From NCBI GenBank assembly GCA_020438395.1, contig JAGQUR010000012.1, forward strand, positions 10,837 to 74,836: a stretch of DNA of 64,000 nucleotides, read 5' to 3'. The DNA is from Solirubrobacterales bacterium (GTDB taxonomy: Bacteria > Actinomycetota > Thermoleophilia > Solirubrobacterales > 70-9). How positions within the stretch are numbered: position 1 is the first letter of the stretch; the number at the start of each line of letters is the position of its first letter. A program made the translations under genes and the position numbers. Below the pieces are notes generated by a model. That model was given only the letters and a program-made list of their open reading frames with translations, was not told the origin of the DNA and did no database searches. Positions 45,947 to 53,963 of this stretch are shown in pieces.

Positions 45947-46455
45947 CACTCGGCCCCCACCCTCTCGACCAGCCACCGCCCCCGCACGAGAGCCACCTCA
46001 AGGATCACCGGGTAGGCGATCCGGCCAGCCTCGACCGTCGCGGTCACGACCCCGCCACGAGTCGAGATCTGCCCTGCCTGAACTTCGAACAGGCGCTGCT
46101 TCTCATGCCGCGCGGCCGGCGAGACTCGCATCTGCCGGCCGAGCCTGGCGATCAGGGCCGGTGCCGCCGAGTTGACCTGGTCCAGGCTGGCTCGGCCGGA
46201 GGCGAGGTCGAGGTATCCGACCATGAACCGGCGAGCGGTCAACTCGGCGGCTCGCTCGAGTTGGTCGTCCCGGCTTGGTTTGGCCGCAACGGTCTCGACC
46301 CTCCCGGCACCCGATCGTGGTTGATCCGGGTCGGGGCTCGGGATCGCCATCAACACGGCGGCGGTCGTGATGAGCAACACCGCGACCATCGCGAACACGA
46401 CGAGGCCTTGCTCGGCCGGGATCGGCCGCGCCCAGATATCACCGAAGCGTCTCAC
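45946..46455 (-). CDS. Single-pass membrane protein of the transfer operon
   Basis: GTG 46455 overlaps the upstream stop as GTGA. The TM segment is GLVVFAMVAVLLITTAAVLMAI. Confidence 0.45.
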   Translation of the reverse strand: MRRFGDIWARPIPAEQGLVVFAMVAVLLITTAAVLMAIPSPDPDQPRSGAGRVETVAAKPSRDDQLERAAELTARRFMVGYLDLASGRASLDQVNSAAPALIARLGRQMRVSPAARHEKQRLFEVQAGQISTRGGVVTATVEAGRIAYPVILEVALVRGRWLVERVGAE

Positions 46456-48068
46456 CGGCCCCTCCTCGATGGGAACCGCCTGGAGCCCCGTCCCACGGTG
46501 CGCTCGATCCCACGAAGCGCAGTTGATCTCCTTAGGTATGCGAGCAGCTGGGCGCTCGCATCTCTGGGTGCGTGTTCGCCGCCGGTGACACCGATGAGGC
46601 GGCTGGTCAACTGTCGGCGTTGCAAGAACACCATCCAGTTGAAAAGACCTTGCAGCCCAAACGACATGAGCCACCCGAGTTGCGAGGTAGTGGACGCCAA
46701 CGCACCGTTGACGGCCAACAAGATCGCGAGGATCAGCGAGTACGCGGCCTTCCGAACCAAAAGGCCAGCCAGCTTGGCTAGCCAGCCCCGGAAGAAGTCG
46801 TGGCCTCGTCCGGGGATGACGGCGACAACGAGGACGACGGGCGCGAATGCGAGGAGCAGCAGGAGCAGGATCTGCGCGAAGATCACCCCGATCGAGAGAG
46901 CTCCGATCAGCAAGAACACGCCGAGTTCACCCGTGAAGATCACGATCGCCACGAGCAGCCGTTGGTACTGACCGCCCTCCTCCATCGCGTCGGTCGCCGG
47001 TTTGTCGGCAATGCCGAGCCGGTAGTTGCCGCGATCGGCGGAAGGGTCGGAGTCCGGAAGCTTCTCGGTGTCGCCCGAGTTCAGGGCGTCGTACTGGGCG
47101 TTGCGTTCGTCGGACCCGGTCGGGTGCGACAGGAAGTGTGGCGCGTACTTGTTGAGGTTGTTGATGCAGGTCTTGCCGTCGGCTTCGACCTGGCTGCCGC
47201 GCCGGAGCGCCCGGCTGAGGGCGGCGTCCTTGCCCGAGTCTTTGGACAGCGGCCGGACCGGCACCGACTCCGGATCGGAGTCATCGGACCCGGTACCTGA
47301 TTTTGCGCAGTGTTCGATCCCACCGAACTGGAGTACCGCCCAAGGCTCTTGGATCAGCAGCTTGAAGAGTTGATCGGCCCCGGAGAGCTTCGCGTCGTCT
47401 GCCTGCCCGACAGATCCCTTGCCGGTGATCGACAAGAACGCCCCGGACATTTGATTGGTCCAGCTGGATGCCGAACCGATCGTGGCGGTCGGTTGAGCGA
47501 CGAACGCGAGCGCGACGATCAGATAGATCAAAGAGACCGCGAGCGTCCCGGCTGTCTCGGCGTAGCGACGTTGGATCAATGCTCGCCACATCGCCCACAT
47601 GCCGACCACGACCACCGCGAGCACGAGCCAGGGCCGGCCGAACACCTGCGAGTAGATCGTGTGTATCGCGGTCGAGACGGGACGAAGCGCTCCCGCACCG
47701 CCGGTTGCTTCTGACCCGTTGAGGAGATCCAGCGAGAACGCGAACGTGAAAAGGGAGATCAGCGCCCGGGCCAAGAACGCGGTCAACTCCCAGATCACGC
47801 TGGCGAGGAAGTAGGCGATCATCGGCGGCACCCCGGAGACGTCGACCCCGCCGGTGAGGGACGCTTCGACGGCTTTGAAGTGCTGGTCGAGGGTGTAGTT
47901 GCCCGCCGGGTACTGCTCGCTGAGCGCCCCGCCGGAGATCTGCGGGGCCGGGCCGACGTTGCCGAACATGTCCGATGCTCCGGCCAACGGATGAGCCAGG
48001 AAGATCAGTGCGGCAGCCAGCACGACCGCGAGGATCACGTACCTAGCTTTCGGTAGCCGGGCCTTCAC
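46452..48068 (-). CDS. Polytopic membrane protein (VirB6/TrbL-like role)
   Basis: At least 6 hydrophobic helices are present. GTG 48068 overlaps the VirB4-like stop as GTGA. Confidence 0.55.
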   Translation of the reverse strand: MKARLPKARYVILAVVLAAALIFLAHPLAGASDMFGNVGPAPQISGGALSEQYPAGNYTLDQHFKAVEASLTGGVDVSGVPPMIAYFLASVIWELTAFLARALISLFTFAFSLDLLNGSEATGGAGALRPVSTAIHTIYSQVFGRPWLVLAVVVVGMWAMWRALIQRRYAETAGTLAVSLIYLIVALAFVAQPTATIGSASSWTNQMSGAFLSITGKGSVGQADDAKLSGADQLFKLLIQEPWAVLQFGGIEHCAKSGTGSDDSDPESVPVRPLSKDSGKDAALSRALRRGSQVEADGKTCINNLNKYAPHFLSHPTGSDERNAQYDALNSGDTEKLPDSDPSADRGNYRLGIADKPATDAMEEGGQYQRLLVAIVIFTGELGVFLLIGALSIGVIFAQILLLLLLAFAPVVLVVAVIPGRGHDFFRGWLAKLAGLLVRKAAYSLILAILLAVNGALASTTSQLGWLMSFGLQGLFNWMVFLQRRQLTSRLIGVTGGEHAPRDASAQLLAYLRRSTALRGIERTVGRGSRRFPSRRGR

Positions 48069-49969
48069 TTTTCCGCCTCCCGCCTGGGCGTCGTATCGAG
48101 CGCTTTGAGCAGGGCGTCGGAGGCGAGATCGACTTGAAGCTCCCCCACCCGGCCTTTGAGGTCGCGCATCAGGCAACGGCCTTTACGGAATCCTTTGAGT
48201 GAGTGGATGAGGGTGTCGTCGTCCGGGTCGAGCCCAATCAGGCGGAGTGCCCGACTGGTCTCCACATCGGATTCCTGCCCGAACAGGAAGTAGGTGCCCA
48301 CCAGCTCGGAGAGATCCCCGAGGTCCGCGAGCCGCTGGCTCGCCAACAGGACGGTGGTGTTGGCGGAGCGCCCGAGCCGGACCAGCCGGTTGAGGAGCAT
48401 CCGGCCTTGGGTGGAGGCGAGGAGGAACCACGCCTCGTCGAGCAGGACGACTTTGTGGCGGCTGCGGTCGCCAGAGACCAGCCGGAGTGCGAGTGCCGCA
48501 ATCAGCGAGAGGGTGGCGACGGAGATTCGCTCGGCTCGGGTGTAGGTCTCGCGGGAGGCGCCGGGGTCGGGCAGGCTGAGACCGGGTGTTCGGATCGTAG
48601 TGACCGCGCTTTTGGCCGAGCCCGGTTCGGCGTTGGCTTCGTTGCCGAAGCCGAGGCGGGCCAAGCCAAAGTCGGCGATCACCTCCAGCGCGTCGCCGAC
48701 CTCGTTGGCGGTGGTGTCGTCGGCGGCTTTCAGCCGGGCGATAACCGCGCCGAGGTTGTGTTCGCTGGCACGAATCGCGTCACGAACGGCCCTCTGCACC
48801 TGGTTCTCCCAAGCCGGCGGCGGATCGCGCAAAAGCTCCAGCAGGTACGACGAAGCCAGTTCTTCGCGCAGCTCGGGTAGACCGATTGCCATCGGATCGA
48901 GTCGGCCCCGGTTCGTCTCGTCCCCGGAGAGTTCCAGGACCTCGACCGATCCGGTCAGCTCGGGTATTTGGTCGAGAGCGTGGTCTGGCTTCGGGTCGAA
49001 ATCGACCACCAGCGATCCGCGGCGCTCTGCCGCGTAGGCGATGGCCTGAGCGGTGAGCGTCTTGCCTGAGCCGAGAGTTCCCGCGAGCAGGACCGCGGAG
49101 GCGCGGGAGGTGCGGGACGCCTCCGTCGGGTCGTACCTCACCGGGCGGCCGCCACCGGTTGGTGAGGTGCCAATGTATGTGCCGGTGTCGGAGCCGAGAT
49201 CAGTGGACGCGGTGACGACCATTGCTCCGAACTGCTCGACGGTCATCTGCTGCTCGTAGTCGGCCACCTCCGACCCGACCCGAGGCAGATGCTCAAGGAA
49301 GAGCCGGTGCTGAAGTCCGCGCGGACGGTGAAGCGGCACGTCCCCGAACCGCTCGGTAAGAGCGTCCACGCGTCGCTCCAGCTCCTGCCGGTCCGTGGCA
49401 CCTACGGCGAACGAGACCGACGTTTTGAGCATCGGCGGATGCGAGGTGCCCTGCAAGATCGCTTCGTACTCGCGGGCCAGCTCGCGGTCTTCGCCCGCCA
49501 GGAACCCGGGACCACTGATCGAGCCTTGTTCCTGCTCCTGGTAGGCGTGCTCAACGTCGAGGATGCGTTTCCTGACCTGGGCCAACGCGTCGCGGTTGCC
49601 GATCCAGTGGACATGAATCACGGCGTCGACCGGAAACCCGACCGCCTCCACGGGCGCGAACAAAAGCTCGGCATCACCAGGAAAGACCGCCTCCGACGCG
49701 AGCGCCCCGATACAAAGAAACGCCTGATAGCCGATGCCGCACTCGGCCTCCACCATCAGCGAGGCAGGCTCGGCCGGGTCCTCGACCATCGGCTCGTTCA
49801 CACACCGGATCAGGTCATGCGCCAGCGGCTCGTATGCGGTCGAGCCGTCCGGAGTCTCGATCACCAACGCGTCCGGCTCCCAGTTGACGTCAAGGGCGGG
49901 TTCACTCGTCCCGCGGGTCGCGCCGCGCCTGAGCAGCCATTGAATCTCCGAGGTCGTGGCCCGCCTCAT
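48065..49969 (-). CDS. VirB4/TraC-like conjugative transfer ATPase
   Basis: Walker A LLAGTLGSGKT and Walker B VVLLDEAWFLL are present. The protein is 634 aa. Confidence 0.85.
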   Translation of the reverse strand: MRRATTSEIQWLLRRGATRGTSEPALDVNWEPDALVIETPDGSTAYEPLAHDLIRCVNEPMVEDPAEPASLMVEAECGIGYQAFLCIGALASEAVFPGDAELLFAPVEAVGFPVDAVIHVHWIGNRDALAQVRKRILDVEHAYQEQEQGSISGPGFLAGEDRELAREYEAILQGTSHPPMLKTSVSFAVGATDRQELERRVDALTERFGDVPLHRPRGLQHRLFLEHLPRVGSEVADYEQQMTVEQFGAMVVTASTDLGSDTGTYIGTSPTGGGRPVRYDPTEASRTSRASAVLLAGTLGSGKTLTAQAIAYAAERRGSLVVDFDPKPDHALDQIPELTGSVEVLELSGDETNRGRLDPMAIGLPELREELASSYLLELLRDPPPAWENQVQRAVRDAIRASEHNLGAVIARLKAADDTTANEVGDALEVIADFGLARLGFGNEANAEPGSAKSAVTTIRTPGLSLPDPGASRETYTRAERISVATLSLIAALALRLVSGDRSRHKVVLLDEAWFLLASTQGRMLLNRLVRLGRSANTTVLLASQRLADLGDLSELVGTYFLFGQESDVETSRALRLIGLDPDDDTLIHSLKGFRKGRCLMRDLKGRVGELQVDLASDALLKALDTTPRREAEK

Positions 49970-50499
49970 TGCGCGAGCACTCCTCTCAGCCGGTCGTGGA
50001 CGCGCCTTTCCGACTCGACCAACTTTTCGAGATCGCTACCGGAGATCGGGCGGGGCGAATCCACCCGGAACAACTCCTCCAACCTCCTGCGAGCACGATC
50101 GAACGAGGAAACGACCCCTTGTCCCACCGCCGACTCGCCCGAAGTGGTGAGCGTGACGGCCAAGTACACCTCCGGTAGATGCGATGCTGAAGCGGCAAGG
50201 CGATCCTGATGGTCTTGTAGGAACCGCCGCCAAGCCGACAGGTCCGAGTGACGCTCGTCCGCCGTCGCTTCCAGGTCCGCCACATACCTTTCGGCGGGAT
50301 AGGCGCGCTGGACCCGCCAGATCGAGAAGTCCGAGCCAACAACATGGGCGAAGCGAACTAGCCTCGCCGCCACCGCCTGCTTGTCCGGCACCGTCAGGAA
50401 CGGGTAGGCGGTCGTGTCCAGCCGGTAGAGAGCCGCGGCCTCGCCGGAAGGTCCGATCAGGATGTTCCCGAACACGTATCTGAGCGGGAACCGGATCAC
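49966..50499 (-). CDS. Transfer-operon protein (177 aa), hypothetical
   Basis: GTG 50499 overlaps the upstream stop. Its own stop overlaps the ATPase start as ATGA. Confidence 0.45.
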   Translation of the reverse strand: MIRFPLRYVFGNILIGPSGEAAALYRLDTTAYPFLTVPDKQAVAARLVRFAHVVGSDFSIWRVQRAYPAERYVADLEATADERHSDLSAWRRFLQDHQDRLAASASHLPEVYLAVTLTTSGESAVGQGVVSSFDRARRRLEELFRVDSPRPISGSDLEKLVESERRVHDRLRGVLAQ

Positions 50500-51197
50500 G
50501 GCCTGACCTCCAAGACCTCTCCGGCGGCCAAGGTCACCGACGAGGTGACCCCACCGCGACGGCGATGCCACCCGAGTCGACGAACGACCCGACGGCCCCG
50601 CCGCTTCTTGATCTCTTCGACCGGCACCTGGAAGGTAACCTCGGCCGGTCCCTTGATTCGGGCTCGGCGAAGAGTCGGCGCGTGCTCGTCCGACGCAACC
50701 CACGCCTCGCCGCACGACGAAATCGCCCGGCCTGCTGCGGGCAAAGCGCGGCCGAGAGAGCGGCGACGGGGTGCGAGTCGCAGAGTGAGCCACGAGAAGG
50801 CGAAGCTCTCGGCGCTTCTGCCGTCCGGGGTCCTCTGCGTCGCCAAGGTAGCTACCGCCGCCGGCAGGACGACGAGACGAAGCGGCCAGTCCAGCAGCTC
50901 GACCACAAAGCCTGCGATCTCGATCCCGACGAAGGCGGCTACGGCACCGCCGAGGGCGGTAGCCCGGCCGCCGACCATGAACCCGACCACGGCCGCGGCG
51001 ATCGCGCCGAGTAGGGCGACGGTCGTGGCTGCGGCCGAGACCAGGATCGAGGCAACGAGCGTCGCGGCGGCGTAGCCGAGCCAGCGGAGCGGCACCCCGC
51101 CCGGCACGGGGAGAGGTTTGCCGTCGATCGAGTAGATCCGCCGATCCGGGGTGAAGACGCGCTGGTAGGAGCGCACAGATTCACGCTGGCCGGTCAC
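50496..51197 (-). CDS. TcpE-like conjugal transfer membrane protein
   Basis: The N-terminal YQRVFTPDRRIYSIDGKPLPVPGGVPL motif is followed by two long TM hairpins (TcpE family pattern, recalled). Confidence 0.5.
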   Translation of the reverse strand: MTGQRESVRSYQRVFTPDRRIYSIDGKPLPVPGGVPLRWLGYAAATLVASILVSAAATTVALLGAIAAAVVGFMVGGRATALGGAVAAFVGIEIAGFVVELLDWPLRLVVLPAAVATLATQRTPDGRSAESFAFSWLTLRLAPRRRSLGRALPAAGRAISSCGEAWVASDEHAPTLRRARIKGPAEVTFQVPVEEIKKRRGRRVVRRLGWHRRRGGVTSSVTLAAGEVLEVRP

Positions 51198-51505
51198 GGC
51201 AGGATCTGATCCCCGATGCCGCGAGCAGCGTCAGCGACCTGATCGGCCGAGAACACCAGCCACGCCACCAAAATCGCCGCCAAGAAGAACATGGCGAGGT
51301 CGGTGTAGCGGCGGTTCAACAGGAAGATCAGACCGACGATCGCGATGATCCCGCCGTAGATCTGGGCGGCATAGTGACGCAGCAGCGACCCGATGTTCTG
51401 ACCGACATCGTTTCCGCCGGCCGCGGCGGACGCATCGGGCAAGAGCCAGAGTACGAGCGCCAGGAGAGCGAGCAGCGTGGCTGTCACAGCGATCTGGCGT
51501 TTCAT
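51194..51505 (-). CDS. Small membrane protein (pilin/VirB2-like position)
   Basis: A signal-like N-terminus and two TM helices are present. The protein is 103 aa, with ATGA overlaps at both ends. Confidence 0.45.
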   Translation of the reverse strand: MKRQIAVTATLLALLALVLWLLPDASAAAGGNDVGQNIGSLLRHYAAQIYGGIIAIVGLIFLLNRRYTDLAMFFLAAILVAWLVFSADQVADAARGIGDQILP

Positions 51506-52308
51506 CGGCTCGTCCCCTGAACTCCGGCGACGAACCAGCGTTGACGCCTGACCAACTCCAACCTGTACCGGAGTGGATAAACCACGCCGGTCGCCTGGTC
51601 TTTCAGGCGCACCCGAGCGGTGACCGTCCTCTGGGTCTCGCCGTCGTCCAGCTGTGCGACATCCGGCTCACCAACGAGATCGAACCCGCCGAGCGGCGTC
51701 ACCTCTGATCCGGGCGCCACAAAATAGACGAGATCAGCCGGCCGTCCGGTCGACGCGTAGGCGTCAATGAACCGGATGACGAGCTTCGCGATCTCTTCGG
51801 CATCAACGCCCGAAACTGGCGATCCGCGCTCCGGCTCGAATGCCGACCCCACCGAGCCCGCCACCAGATACGGCGCACCGAGCACGGTGATCTCGCCCGC
51901 TTCCTGACGGATCGGGATGGCGAGGTTTCTCAAATGCCCGGTGGTCAGCTCGCAGGCGACCGTGACCACAGACTCGCTTGGAACTACGGGCCTGGAGCCC
52001 ACGACTTCGGCTTGGGCCACGCCCGGTTCCAAGTGCTTGTTGTCGGTGCCGGGCTTGCCGTGGCGGGCGACTCCGCGCGGATCGGCGAAATAGTCGCGGG
52101 CGAAGTGAACCGCGAACGCCGCGACAGGGCCATCGACACGCTGATCTGCCCCTTCGCCCTCCGTTGGGCTGATGTCGTCGGGTGGGGAGATGATCGCCCC
52201 GAGCCCACGCAAGAGCAAGAGAGCGACCAGCGCCCAGAGGGCGAGGCGGCCCACGGCACGAGCCCTGGGACCGACACCCCGCACCCGGTCGGATACATCG
52301 ACACTCAC
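51502..52308 (-). CDS. Membrane-anchored transfer protein (TcpC-like position)
   Basis: An N-terminal TM (LALWALVALLLLRGLGAII) and a soluble domain are present. The start is GTG. Confidence 0.45.
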   Translation of the reverse strand: MSVDVSDRVRGVGPRARAVGRLALWALVALLLLRGLGAIISPPDDISPTEGEGADQRVDGPVAAFAVHFARDYFADPRGVARHGKPGTDNKHLEPGVAQAEVVGSRPVVPSESVVTVACELTTGHLRNLAIPIRQEAGEITVLGAPYLVAGSVGSAFEPERGSPVSGVDAEEIAKLVIRFIDAYASTGRPADLVYFVAPGSEVTPLGGFDLVGEPDVAQLDDGETQRTVTARVRLKDQATGVVYPLRYRLELVRRQRWFVAGVQGTSR

Positions 52309-52484
52309 AGCACACCTCCTTCAGGCCCGTCGCAACGAACGGACGCGAGCCGCCCCGACCTTGAGGGAAGGTCGAGGCAGCGACCGACCATCGGAAAGAG
52401 AGAACCGTGGTCGGGGGCGGGACGTTCGGTCCCGCACCAGGCGTCCGTGGTGCGCACGAGCCGTCTGTTTTCAAGTTGGTTCAT
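52305..52484 (-). CDS. Candidate leaderless small ORF (59 aa) opening the transfer operon
   Basis: The ATG lies 6 nt downstream of the CGACAA -10-like hexamer of promoter copy C. The stop overlaps GTG 52308 as GTGA. No homology was recognised. Confidence 0.3.
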   Translation of the reverse strand: MNQLENRRLVRTTDAWCGTERPAPDHGSLFPMVGRCLDLPSRSGRLASVRCDGPEGGVL

Positions 52485-52490
52485 ACCCCC

Positions 52491-52519
52491 TTGTCGGATC
52501 GGCACGGCGTTTGCGTCAC
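52491..52519 (-). promoter_or_regulatory. Promoter-like motif copy C: GTGACGcaaacg-N11-CGACAA facing the transfer operon
   Basis: The minus strand reads GTGACGCAAACGCCGTGCCGATCCGACAA. The two hexamers are separated by 17 nt. Confidence 0.6.
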
Positions 52520-52542
52520 TGATTTAGCGATTCTGAAAAGTT

Positions 52543-52571
52543 TTGACGCAAACGGTGTTCTCATTCGACAA
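52543..52571 (+). promoter_or_regulatory. Promoter-like motif copy A: TTGACGcaaacg-N11-CGACAA upstream of the sigma-factor gene
   Basis: TTGACGCAAACGGTGTTCTCATTCGACAA, with a 17-nt spacer. Confidence 0.6.
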
Positions 52572-52621
52572 AGAAGTGAGATGGTGCGTTCTGAACACCC
52601 CGATTCCCACCCGAACAGCGT

Positions 52622-53848
52622 TTGCCGAACCTCCCGTTCGGGAACCCAGAAACCATGTCGGTCGTGGCGGTCCATATGAGATGGGCGTTGGACACCGATC
52701 AGCTCAAGAGCATTGAGATCGGATTGCGGGGAAAGCTGCGCTCCACGCAGATCCCGGAGGCGTTCATCGAACGCAATCTCGAAGACCTCCTCCAACAAGC
52801 CGTCGCCGAGTACGCCAACGTCCGCGAGCGCGGCATCAAAGTCGTAAACCCGGGCGGTTGGATCGTCCACTCCGCTCACCTACGAGCGATCGATCAACTC
52901 CGCCACGAACAACACGAGGTCGAAGGGACCACCGAAGACGTAGCGGCCAACATGGCCGACGAGACGACACCGCTCCCTGATGAAGAAGCGCTCGGACACA
53001 TAGAGGCTGAGCAGCTTCACCGGGCGATCTCCCGACTATCGACCTCCCAAAGGCAGGCTCTCAGCCTCTATTACTTCGAGGATAAGTCAACCCGCGACGG
53101 TGCCGACGCGCTCGGTTGGAGCGAACCAACCTTCAGAAGAAGACGCGACGCAGCGATAGAGAGCCTCCGGGAACGCCTTGGCGTAACCGTGCCCGAGTTC
53201 GACGTCGGGCTCGCCGCATGGCTCAGTCTCACCGTCTCCGAGAGTCGCTTCGCCTGGGCCACCAGCAACATCGGCGGCACGATCGAGACGATCCGGTCCG
53301 GCGCCGTTGCGGTTGCGGATCGAACGCGAGAGTTCGCGACAAGGCTTCTCTCGTCCGGAGGAGGAGAGACCGCGATCGGGATCGGCAGCCCAGCCAGCAA
53401 GGCGGCCGCCGGGGTTTGCGCGACCGCCCTCGCGGCATGCACGGCAACCGGAGTGATCGGACCCGGAGTGGCCGGCGTAGATCTCATCGACCACAACACC
53501 AAGCCGAAACCATCCGTCGAAAAACGAGTCGTACCCACCGGGCAAGGACCGAACCGACCGCCCGCCACCTCGACCGCATCCACGCCGAGCCAAGAATCCA
53601 GCCGCGCCAGCACTTCGCAAACGACCAAGCGGCAGAAAGCCAACGGGTCGAGCAAGAGCCAGGCAAGCTCTGAGCAGAAGAGGACTCTGCAGGCCCGCCA
53701 TAACGCCAGCTCACAGTTCGGTGTCGAATCAAGCGCATCCACAACCCCGGCCGGAGGCGCGCCCACCACAACGAGTCCACCCCCGAGCGCTTCGGCGCCT
53801 TCACCTAGCCCCGATCAAGCCGCACAAGAACAGTTCGGGCTTCCCTGA
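52622..53848 (+). CDS. Sigma-70 family (ECF-like) sigma factor with ~200-aa C-terminal extension
   Basis: The region-2-like segment is NPGGWIVHSAHLRAIDQLRHE. The region-4 HTH is LSTSQRQALSLYYFEDKSTRDGADALGWSEPTFRRRRDAAIESLRERL. A hydrophobic stretch and a Ser/Thr/Pro-rich tail follow. The start is ambiguous (TTG 52622 or ATG 52655). Confidence 0.7.
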   Translation: MPNLPFGNPETMSVVAVHMRWALDTDQLKSIEIGLRGKLRSTQIPEAFIERNLEDLLQQAVAEYANVRERGIKVVNPGGWIVHSAHLRAIDQLRHEQHEVEGTTEDVAANMADETTPLPDEEALGHIEAEQLHRAISRLSTSQRQALSLYYFEDKSTRDGADALGWSEPTFRRRRDAAIESLRERLGVTVPEFDVGLAAWLSLTVSESRFAWATSNIGGTIETIRSGAVAVADRTREFATRLLSSGGGETAIGIGSPASKAAAGVCATALAACTATGVIGPGVAGVDLIDHNTKPKPSVEKRVVPTGQGPNRPPATSTASTPSQESSRASTSQTTKRQKANGSSKSQASSEQKRTLQARHNASSQFGVESSASTTPAGGAPTTTSPPPSASAPSPSPDQAAQEQFGLP

Positions 53849-53860
53849 TTCCTCAAATTT

Positions 53861-53889
53861 GTGACGCAAACGGCCGCCTCATCCGACAA
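53861..53889 (+). promoter_or_regulatory. Promoter-like motif copy B: GTGACGcaaacg-N11-CGACAA upstream of the secreted-protein pair
   Basis: GTGACGCAAACGGCCGCCTCATCCGACAA, with a 17-nt spacer. Confidence 0.6.
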
Positions 53890-53963
53890 AGAGATAGAGG
53901 CGCCGCCGTACGCGCCGACGTGCCTTGGCTTGTTTCAGCGCGAATTGGGTAGGTGAATACAAA

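Noticed and set aside
52407-52679. 90-aa plus-strand ORF, and its internal 32-codon ATG-52581 version, across the sigma-gene leader.
   Set aside because: It overlaps both divergent promoter motifs and the sigma ORF start in another frame. There is no homology or coupling signal. It is more likely 5'-UTR.
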